Part shown: positions 37,112 to 46,905 of the stretch, one piece after another
Position numbering within the stretch: position 1 is the stretch's first letter
How the letters are laid out: each line of letters starts with the position of its first letter
DNA from: Folioceros fuciformis
Lineage: Eukaryota
Direction of reading: 5' to 3'
Length of the DNA: 64,000 nucleotides
Assembly (NCBI GenBank): GCA_049999805.1
Contig: JBNGIO010006303.1
Location: forward strand, 139,775 to 203,774
The notes under the pieces: generated by a model
Told to the model about the DNA's origin: nothing
Database searches by the model: none
What the model saw: the letters and a program-made list of their open reading frames with translations, nothing else
Program-made: the position numbers and the translations under genes

Positions 37112-40100
37112 ATGGCTGCTCGGCGGGAGGTGTTCCAACCTCTTTGCGAGATGTTCCCTCAGGTAGCTTTGGTTCTGTTGGTGAGAGGAAGCTGTGGTTT
37201 GCTTAGGGTTCAGAGGTTCTGTGGTTTAGAATTACGCTTTGATGGTGGTAGTGAGGCAATTAGGATGCAACGTACTCTGGAATTTGACAGGAGGTTGTCG
37301 CGCTTTTCTGTGGCTGGAGCAGGTGGATTATCGTCTGATTAACGCGACCATAATTGAGCATGGGTCCGACATGGCTGCGTGTGTTGAATCCATTAGCAAT
37401 GATCTGCTGCCAGAGCTAGATGGAGCTCCCACGACCTTAACTTCTCTTCCAGAAGCGAGCCAGGGGATTTCTGCCGAGCTAGCGGTAAGCCATCCAACTC
37501 AACCAAGTGCGCTTCTGCTTCTCGTGGCTAGAAAACCTTTCACGCTGCCACTTTAGAGCCATGGGAGAAGTTGGGCCATGTGCTTCATTGTAGAAGCTGA
37601 ACCGACCAAGGACGGATGACCAAGGTGAACAGACCTGGACCATGGACCGAGGGCGGACCAGGTCCTTGGTCCATCGTAGGAGGTGAACAGACCAGGTCCT
37701 TGGTTCAGGTTCTATAATAACGTTGTATTGGTTTGTAACCTCCCGGTTTTTGGCTGATATGCAGCAAGGCGTCGATCACCGTCTTCACCAGCCGATAGTT
37801 AAGCAACTAAGGCAGGAGGAGCCGACTCCAGACGACGACCTATTTGCCAAGTTTTACGATGGTTTGGGCAAATTAAAGGGCTCCCGCTCTCCTTGGTCAG
37901 ATCTTACTGAACCTCATTGTACAGCCAAGCCGTCTGTAAACATTGAGGATACCAGGATACTTGAATTGGCTAGGGGGAAAGTCAGCCACCTTGAAAAGAG
38001 CCTGGCAAAAGCTTGCTCCTTGGACGCTGTTAATGTTCTGTCATATGAAGTAATGGGAAGAAACTTCTCCTCCCCTTCCTCTGTATGCTCAGGGCAGAGT
38101 GAGGATGTGGAGGATTGTCACGACGAGGATGCTCGTCATTCTTCCCAAGAGCAGAGTGATGATGGGGAGGCTCGTCAATCTTCCTCAGAGGAAAGTGATG
38201 ATGAGGCATTCTCGGCCTCCTCATTCGAGAATGGTGGAAGACACGATTTTGGGAACAATGACATCAAGGGTGACTGCCCCGAGTTCTCGGACTTTGTCGG
38301 ATCACAGCTTACTAGGGACGACAACTACGGCTCTGTCCACTCTGACACTAGGGACGACAACTACAGCTCTGTCCACTCTGGCATTGAAAGTGCTTCGTCC
38401 TCGAAATCTGCAATATGGGGAAGCTTGCAGTGCTCCGCCTCTCAAGTACCAACAATTGAAGTCCTGGATCAGAAGGTGCGGCAAGCAAGATATGATAAGG
38501 TACTCCGCCACTTGCCTGTGCACGACTGCTGGTTATGGCTACTTACATTAGCACTGTATGCTTGGATGGTTTGCTTTAGAGAGGAATCATCCCATAAAAT
38601 TCTAATTGTTGCTGGCGCTCTTTCCTGCGTGCAGGATGATTTGATTGGTGCCCTTTCAGAGATTCGTGCTTTGCGGCTTGAAGTTGAAGAGGCAGAAGCA
38701 GCTGCAAGGCAGGCCAAGGTTGATGCTGCAAATGCAGGGGCGGATATGCTTGCCAAGGCAAAGGAGGTCAGAGATCAAACGGCAAATGCTCTTAAAGCGA
38801 ATGAGATGGTGAGTTCACAATCATGCAAGCAAGTACCTTGACATAGTTTCTTTTCAGTGTTGATGTTGTAGACTGCTGACTTCCTACTCGTTTTCCCTCA
38901 TAGCAGCAGTTCTTGATTTCTAACCCCCTCATTGTGATAGCATCACGGAGAAGTTTTTGGAGAGAAAGCAGTGCTTGCAACAGAGGCACGTGAGCTCCAC
39001 ACACGTCTTCTTCAGGTGACTGAAGAAAAGACTAACGCTGTAAACAACCTCCGTCAGGTGACCTTTTTTCCACAAGGAAATGGATTTCACGATACCTTAG
39101 CAATTCCGTCTTGGTTGGCCTCCAGATACGTTACTCGCCTGAACGTCTTGTGAAGTGCCTGTAATGTGTATTCCGTTTTCTTTTGGGCCAGATCAAGGCT
39201 ATGTTGCATGGCCTTCTGGACAAGGCAGCGGAGGAGAAAGAAGCTGCTAATAGGCTTAAGCTAGAGAACGAGGCTGCGGCCAAGAAGGCTCTTTCTTTGG
39301 AAATGGAAATGCTGGACAACGTAAAGCTGGAGACTGAGCAACTTGAGATGGAAGCCGAAGACTGCAGGAAGGTTGGTGCTCTCTGGGTGAACATTTTTTG
39401 TCTTTTGAATTGAACAAAATATCAGCATCTTGCCGAGAACTGTACTTGGTGGCCTTACAGCTTCGTGAATTTCTCATCGAGAGCGGGAGCGTGGTTGATT
39501 CTCTTCAGTAAGACTTCCTGGCATGCCTCATTCACTGGAGCATTTTAGCATATAGGGAGTGATATGTAGTTGCTCAACGTGACTTGATTGTCTTGCCAGA
39601 GGTGAAGTGGCCATTCTTTGTGAGGATGTGGAAGTTGTGAAACGTCAGGTGGAGGACTTAACACACTCGACTAGAACTGGGTACGTAACGCAAGCGAGCA
39701 TGTCGGTAAGGTCCACTCAAGGAGGCAGTCACTCCACGTCAAGCAAGTCATCTACCAATCATGGTGTGCAGATGACTGGTGTGAAGCATGCTTCTCAGGA
39801 GCCAGCTGAAACTCCTCTAGTTCAGACGCCTGTGGACAGTATTCGCTGGTCGACAGCAACAGCAGAATCAGGTAATAAGATGCACGACTTCGTAGATCAC
39901 GATCTCGAGGGAACATATGAGGGACGTATCGAGGGAGGTGGTGGCACAGAGTTGATAAGCACTTCCCGTGGAGGTCCAGTTGAGGACTCGAAGAGGCTAG
40001 AGAGTCTTGACGGTCGCAAAAAGGGTGGAAACGAGTATGTGAGCCTGGCGTCGAAACTCCTCAAGTATCGCCAGCAGGACGACAATGCTTGGCAGATGGT

Positions 40101-40140
40101 TGACAGGTGGGATCTGGCCTATAAAGAGACTACGTCGTAA
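37112..40140 (+). CDS. N-terminal CUE-like domain plus coiled-coil protein (At1g03290/At4g02880-like), spliced
   Basis: VFQPLCEMFPQ|VDYRLINATIIEHGSD; ANEM|HHGEVFGEKAVLATEARELHTRLL; LREFLIESGSVVDSLQ|GEVAILCEDV. A 36-bp in-frame duplication at ~38311-38380. Confidence 0.85.
37587..37718. mobile_element. MITE-like element within an intron
   Basis: Imperfect terminal inverted repeats attgtagaagctgaacc / ggttcaggttctataat, with internal GACCAAGG / CCTTGGT repeats. Confidence 0.6.
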
Positions 40141-42026
40141 ATACCGTATGTGCGTTTCTCCCAACATTGAGATGGGATCTACTCCTAAAAGTGTAGAATT
40201 GTCACCGGGTATAGGGGCAGATTGATACATTTCTTCATTTTTGTTCAGAACTGCTTTGGTGAATAATTCGACATTTAAGAACCTTGAATCTAGTTTCACG
40301 GAATATCCAATATGATTAGGGTGTAGAGAAAAGATCTTATACCCGAGTAGTGAAGTGAATGTGGACAATGTGATGTGCAAGCTGTGGATCGCTGTACAGC
40401 CTTCGTTTTTTAGTACACTAACCTTGGGTTGGAAGTCTAGACCCTTGAGTTGTGCAAGCTCCTGTACTAGATCGCTGAACGTGCCAGTAGCTACCAGCCT
40501 TTCTATGTCATTACTTTATTTGGCCACGCCTAGCACCTCTTCACCTAAGAGGAGCATTTTCCTTGGGAGGAGCATTGGAACTCTGGCCCCTAATGACAAG
40601 GCAGTGGAGCTGCAGCCGCTAATGCCACCCCTGGATACGATGGAGAGCATGTTATCTATAAATTGTCCCGAGACAGTGCAACCTTTCCTCTGCGGAAAAG
40701 AGAGAGGGCAAATCCATATGTCAAGACAACCGTTGCTTTGGCACAAAAAATGTGTGTATAGCTAACCCCGTTGAATCAATTTAGTTNNNNNNNNNNNNNN
40801 NNNNNNNNNNNNNNNNNNNNNNNNNNNNNNNNNNNNNNNNNNNNNNNNNNNNNNNNNNNNNNNNNNNNNNNNNNNNNNNNNNNNNNNNNNNNNNNNNNNN
40901 NNNNNNNNNNNNNNNNNNNNNNNNNNNNNNNNNNNNNNNNNNNNNNNNNNNNNNNNNNNNNNNNNNNNNNNNNNNNNNNNNNNNNNNNNNNNNNNNNNNN
41001 NNNNNNNNNNNNNNNNNNNNNNNNNNNNNNNNNNNNNNNNNNNNNNNNNNNNNNNNNNNNNNNNNNNNNNNNNNNNNNNNNNNNNNNNNNNNNNNNNNNN
41101 NNNNNNNNNNNNNNNNNNNNNNNNNNNNNNNNNNNNNNNNNNNNNNNNNNNNNNNNNNNNNNNNNNNNNNNNNNNNNNNNNNNNNNACATTGACCTGACT
41201 AGTCTTACTGCGTGGTAACAAAGTTGCGGCCTTCAAGATGACGGAAAAGCAATGGTTAATGCCTTAGTCCACGTAAGCCTTGATGCATACAATAAAGGTG
41301 ATCACCACCTAATTTAGGTGAAGCAAATAACAACTATCTTTAAAGTTCAAGGTAAGCAACCACTTTTAAATTTGAGTGTTGGGTGATTTGCTACTAGAAA
41401 AAGAAGATAGTAGCTACCTAGCAATAACTATTCAACAATGAAATGGGGATGTGATAGAATATCTAAGGAATGTAAGGGATATATTGTCATATTCTCATAT
41501 TGGCTACTTGGGAAAACCATACGTTGGCATGTGGTCACTTCAATGGCTATGTGAAACGTGAACAAAGTTGAAGTGGCAATAACGCCTAAGAAAGATGGAA
41601 GAGGAAGGGTCGTAGAANNNNNNNNNNNNNNNNNNNNNNNNNNNNNNNNNNNNNNNNNNNNNNNNNNNNNNNNNNNNNNNNNNNNNNNNNNNNNNNNNNN
41701 NNNNNNNNNNNNNNNNNATGCAATACAGGAGGATGGGGGTGCAAAACGATGCCACATCATCTTATGAGGCACTAAGGACGAGGTTTTGCAGAAGAATGCA
41801 TTTAGCAATGTGATAAGGGTTTTTTTATTTTTGGCTTCTTCCGTGAATAGTACAACAAATAAATAATTTTTGCCCTACCCTCTCCTTACTTAACATAGAA
41901 TACTAGATTAGTGCTATTCATACCAACCTGTTATAGAAAGGATTTTAATAGAATTCAAATTAATAATTACAAATTTGATTTTAAAACACATATATAATAA
42001 AATTCTAATCTTGGAGATACATGAAA

Positions 42027-42465
42027 GATAATTTATAATTTGAGTTATTTACCAATTCTTAATTTAAGTCCAGCATGTCACGTTTAAATACCATATGATA
42101 ATATTTTAATATTAGAGAGATAACATACAATTTGAGCCACTTACCAATTCTTATTTTAAACCTAATGTGTCATGTATAAATACCATACAATAAAATTTTA
42201 ATATGGGAAAAGATAACTTATAATTTGAGTTACTTACTAAGTTTTAATTTAAGCTTAATATGTTATATCTAAATACCATATGATAAAAAAAATTAATTGT
42301 GGAGATAACTTATAATCTAAGATACTTACTCATTCTTAATTTAAACTTAATGTGTGATGTATAAATTCCATATGACAAAATTCTAATTTTGGAAAACATA
42401 ACTTCTAATTTAAACTACTTACTAATTCTTAATTTAAGTCCAGTGTGTGATGTATAAATACCATG
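42027..42465. repeat. AT-rich tandem repeat, 92-93-bp unit, about 5 copies
   Basis: Units start at about 42027, 42119, 42212, 42304 and 42397 (gataacttataatttgagttacttaccaattcttaatttaa...taaataccata). Confidence 0.9.
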
Positions 42466-42662
42466 TGTATCACTCACAAATTCACTATGGAGAAGAAGAA
42501 GTGAGTAGAGACATCTTAAAAGGATGTCATTGTGAGCAGGTTAGACTATGATATATTGTTTTGAATTTCAATACAAAACTTGGGGGCAGAGAAAAAGAGT
42601 AGGGAGAATTCCTTAGTACTATTTAAAATCAAGGATTGATTCTATAGATCTTTTCTAGTATT

Positions 42663-44024
42663 ATGGCGTTATACAAGGAGGCTTCCATAAAAATCTCAAG
42701 AAAATGGGGAAAGTTGATGGGAATTCAACGACAACTTTGGAATTTAATTTATAATTTTATGAGTTATAATTTTATGCACTTAATCTATGTCTCGCTTTTC
42801 TTGTGCTTAGTTATGTTCACTTTTATTATTGAACATGATATCAATACTTTAAAAAGTAATGAAGCCATTGATCCTACTCAAAAGCTTCTTCCCGATAAGC
42901 AACATATTCCATATGTAGGGAGGTTGCCACATATGCAAATATTTTATCCACCAGCTCTTGAACCAAAGTTGTCAATTGTATCGACAACAGCAGCAAGTTT
43001 AGATGTATTGTTGCCTTGGATCTTTTACCATAAGGCAATTGGTGTAAGCAATTTCTATTTGTTTGTTGAAGGAAATACGGCATCAGAAAAGAGTATAATT
43101 CTATTACAAAATATACCAGGTGTGAAGGCAATAAAGCGCGACAAGAAGTTAGAACGGAAACAAAAAGAAAGTCGAATATGGAATGAGACTTGGCTCTCTC
43201 CTTTCTTACACAAGCCTTGCAATTATGAGTTATTTGTGAAGCAAACCTTTAATATGGAGATGGGAATTGTGTTGGCCAAGGAGGCTGGAATGGATTGGAT
43301 TATGCATCTAGATAGCGATGAATTGATATACCCAATAGATTCACCGGATAATAGAATTACAACCATATTGGCTAGAGTTCCTTCAAATGTCGAACAAGTT
43401 ATTTTCCACAATGAAGAAGCTGCTATAGAGAGAGATAATATTACAGACTCTTTTATTGAGGTCACCTTGTTCAAAAGGAATAAAGCGATGATGCCATCAG
43501 ATAGCTATCGTAAATTTCGATCTGCGACCTCTAAACACAGGTATTATTTCCTAACATATATAAATGGTAAGGCCGCAGCTCGAATTCAAAGTCACTTGCG
43601 CCCTAATGGGGCTCATAGGTGGGCTAGTTACTCAAGATCTTCTATCCTAAAGAGTCAGTACTTAGAAGAGTCAATTGTTTTGCACTACTCTTATACCAAA
43701 TTTTCAGATCTAATTACTAGAAAGAATCGTTGTCATTGTAAACTCGATTTGAAGACTTTGAAGAGATGTATCATGCTTCCATTTGATCGCGAGGCTTATG
43801 TCATTGCTGGCTCAAATGTCACAGAAGCCCAAATACGAACATGGTACCAATCAAATGTGGTGTGGTCAACAAGAGAAGATGTGCTTGAATTGTTGAAGTT
43901 GGGAATAATGCATCGGATCAATAGTCCACAAATAATTATTCAAGGTTTAAAGGAAGCTGGGGTGTTTAGAGATGCCATAGAAAGGGGTTCTCAAAACACC
44001 AAAGTCGAGAAGCTACATATGTAG
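42663..44024 (+). CDS. KOB1: KOBITO1/ELD1/ABI8-like glycosyltransferase-like type II membrane protein, intronless, 453 aa
   Basis: N-terminal TM helix; LPWIFYHKAIGVSNFYLFVEG, SRIWNETWL, KPCNYELFVKQ, NMEMGIVLAKEAGMDWIMHLDSDELIYP, FLTYINGKAAARIQSHLRPNGAHRW. A divergent homologue, not necessarily the orthologue. Confidence 0.92.
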   Translation: MALYKEASIKISRKWGKLMGIQRQLWNLIYNFMSYNFMHLIYVSLFLCLVMFTFIIEHDINTLKSNEAIDPTQKLLPDKQHIPYVGRLPHMQIFYPPALEPKLSIVSTTAASLDVLLPWIFYHKAIGVSNFYLFVEGNTASEKSIILLQNIPGVKAIKRDKKLERKQKESRIWNETWLSPFLHKPCNYELFVKQTFNMEMGIVLAKEAGMDWIMHLDSDELIYPIDSPDNRITTILARVPSNVEQVIFHNEEAAIERDNITDSFIEVTLFKRNKAMMPSDSYRKFRSATSKHRYYFLTYINGKAAARIQSHLRPNGAHRWASYSRSSILKSQYLEESIVLHYSYTKFSDLITRKNRCHCKLDLKTLKRCIMLPFDREAYVIAGSNVTEAQIRTWYQSNVVWSTREDVLELLKLGIMHRINSPQIIIQGLKEAGVFRDAIERGSQNTKVEKLHM

Positions 44025-45109
44025 AAAGATTTAACAAAGAAGTGGAAGAAAATGAATTGCAAGGTATTAACTTTGATTCTTAAATGATACTTCTTTACCA
44101 CATTACAAAATCGGCCTCCCCCTTGGATTTGCGGTAGAGGGTTGTTCAAGCAACAAAGTCCACAAGTATTCTCCCTTGCAAGAAACATATATTTTCATTC
44201 CCCTTGCTCTTGAGACTTATGGGGCTATAGGTAAGGACTTTTCAAGGTTCATCAACGAGTGCGCAAAGGCACAAAGGTTTATCAAAGTTATAAGAATGGT
44301 ATTCTTCCTCTTTCCTCTTTGATGGCCGTCTTATGACAATGCATATTCATTGCTTTAAAAAGAGCATTAGCCAATACGGTTTTTAGAACAGCAACAAGCA
44401 CAAGTCAAGCAACTTTTTCAGCACTAGTGGTAGGTAGACCTTTTGTTATTCCACATCATGATATTTTGGGAGCAATAGTTAGTTTCTGAGAATGATGTTC
44501 AAGGGCTAGTACCCTTTTGGTCTTTTGCCTTGCTCAAGTTGTTTCTCTTTTTTAATAATAAAAAATAATTAATCTTGTATAACTTTCACTGTGTATATGA
44601 AATATGTTAGTATTTTTTTTTCTATTTACATATTTAGGGTTTAGGGTTTGAGAAGATGTCTTCATTCTTTGTGATCTTTAGAACAACGACAAGTACGAAA
44701 CTCTATGTGGTCTTTTGAACAATAGCAAGTACGAATAGATTATAAGCATGAAAATTTATCATAGTCGCAAGATTAGTGTTTCCTCGTTTCTCGATGGTAG
44801 CCTTCTTTCTTTTCTTCTACAAAGAGTGTTGGTCAATGTGGTCTTTAGAATTGACAAGTGTTGTTTGGCAACTTCGTTAGCACAAGTGGCCACTTGTAAG
44901 CATGCTTTGGTGCCACACTTTTGAAGTGATAAAGGGCTTACTTGCCAATAAGTAGGTCCTTTATCATTTCACATCACCACATTATCAGAGTTGTAGGTAG
45001 TTACAAGTTTAATATTAAAGGCGCTAATATCTTTATGGTCTTTGTGGCTTTTGCCTCTATGGGGTTGATATTTGAGGTTTGATATTTGAGCTAAACCATA
45101 CCAAACTAG

Positions 45110-45186
45110 TTACCATAGGTCATTATCGTAGGTAAAACACCAGCCGGGATGGTTGGTGTTTTACCTATGGTAGTGACCTATGGTGA
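45110..45186. repeat. Inverted repeat, about 34-bp stem with a 5-nt loop
   Basis: accataggtcattatcgtaggtaaaacaccagcc-gggat-ggttggtgttttacctatggtagtgacctatggt. Confidence 0.9.
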
Positions 45187-45649
45187 CCACATCTAATACA
45201 AGATGCAAATGAGATGGGTTATCATAGTGCAGAGGCAATGTCCATGGACCCGGGGCATGGAAGGGTTGCCTCATTGTAGTGTTGGGCTCACTAAATCAAT
45301 TCATAGCTTTCTTTCTAGGCTTTTATGGAAGCTGCATGTTACCTTAAACTGGCTGTTATCAGTAACATATTACCATAAGCAGTTTTGCAATTTGTAGGCT
45401 ACTACACGATGCCGTAGCTATTACCNNNNNNNNNNNNNNNNNNNNNNNNNNNNNNNNNNNNNNNNNNNNNNNNNNNNNNNNNNNNNNNNNNNNNNNNNNN
45501 NNNNNNNNNNNNNNNNNNNNNNNNNCCTCCGCCTATTTGAAATGACTAGGAGATGAGCGTCCTACCTCCACCCATTTGAAATGAGTACGAGATGAGCATC
45601 CGAGTTTATGTTTTTTTGTCTCTTTAAAGACGAAACACTTCATTATCAA

Positions 45650-45832
45650 TACATTGCCCAATAATATGTGCATAATAAGACACATTTCCCAATAACATGT
45701 GCACAATAAAGACACATTTCCCANNNNNNNNNNAAGACACATTTCCCAATAACATGTGCACAATAAAGACACATTTCCCAATAACATGTGCACAATAAAG
45801 ACGCATTTCCCAATAACATGTGCACAATAAAG
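45650..45832. repeat. 32-bp minisatellite, at least 5 copies, spanning a 10-N gap
   Basis: aaagacacatttcccaataacatgtgcacaat repeated (e.g. 45734, 45766). Confidence 0.95.
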
Positions 45833-46100
45833 AAGAGATAATGTTATGACCAAGTGATTTGTGGGTATTTATGCATCGAGTTTCATGTAGTATCATAGTT
45901 GGGAGCCCTCCATCTGGCTCTTTGAGTATTTGGCAGTAGCATTATGTCAATCATAGCAACCCAGTGATTGGGGGAGTTGATTTGGGTGCTGGCCAGGTGG
46001 CACTTAGATAAGACCCCTACACTGTAGACAGGCTCTCAGACATTCAAAGGTACTGACTTCTTCAAACATGCACCCTTTGTATGTGGACATCGATTGTCCA

Positions 46101-46416
46101 TAAAGAACTAGTTGTAGGATTGACAGATGCTGAGAATCAAGAAGGCACAAGAGAAAAAAAACTGATTAATTATTATCAGGACCGTATGGCCTTATAAAGG
46201 GCAGAGGCCAAGGCACAAGAAAAAAAAAGTGATTAATTATTATCAGGACCGTATGGCCTTATAAAGGGCAGAGGCCTCGGTTTGTGGTGCCCCTAAAATG
46301 TGTCGTTCTGATTCAGGTCACGACCTTACGTTGCACCCCTAATAATCTAGCGTTTTGCTTAATTAAATAAAGGATGATTAATAATTACTGGATAAATAAT
46401 CCTAACTCTATCTATA
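46101..46416 (-). repeat. 3' LTR of element B (316 bp, with a ~67-bp internal tandem duplication)
   Basis: Matches 52037-52285; aaggcacaag...aagggcagaggcc is present twice. Confidence 0.95.
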
Positions 46417-46486
46417 CTCCCTTTTAGCCAAGATTTATTCCAAGAGTTGTTGCAGTACACATTGTACTTGCGACAGAATTTCTCCG

Positions 46487-46804
46487 ATGGCGGAGTTGCT
46501 GGAGATTGTGTTGATGTTGGCCATCCTTGCGATGTTGATGCGATGCTGTCATGTTTTCCAGCTCTATAATGGATTCTCCAAGCTGCTGACGTTGGAGAAC
46601 GAGCTGGAGGCAGCTCAACCAAAAAAATGTGTTCCAGGTGCTCCATTCCGCTTTCTTCCATACTGTCTTGACAAGTTCGTGTACGCTGGCTGCGAATTCA
46701 CCAAGGATGGTAGGCAGTTCATAAAATATAGTAAGTTTGTTGTGAGATTACTCCCAATGCTTGCCTTGTTCCGTGGTGTGCAGCTGACCAGTTGTGTTGC
46801 TTGA
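46487..46804 (+). CDS. Antisense small ORF (105 aa, hydrophobic N-terminus) in the 3' region of element B
   Basis: Intact ATG to TGA; homologous to 7063-7332(-) with many synonymous codon differences. Confidence 0.8.
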   Translation: MAELLEIVLMLAILAMLMRCCHVFQLYNGFSKLLTLENELEAAQPKKCVPGAPFRFLPYCLDKFVYAGCEFTKDGRQFIKYSKFVVRLLPMLALFRGVQLTSCVA

Positions 46805-46905
46805 CGCAGAACCTTGGTGGCAGTGCACCTCCAAGATGCCGATCAGGCAATTTCAAGCTCCTGTCTGCAATGTTAGATTTCCAAGCTAGATGGTAGGTGC
46901 TAGGA

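Noticed and set aside
40430-40746. Coding-like minus-strand stretch beside a gap (..LLLGEEVLGVAK*SNDIERLVATG..)
   Set aside because: Contains an in-frame stop and I cannot assign a family; it may be a gene fragment but is unsupported.
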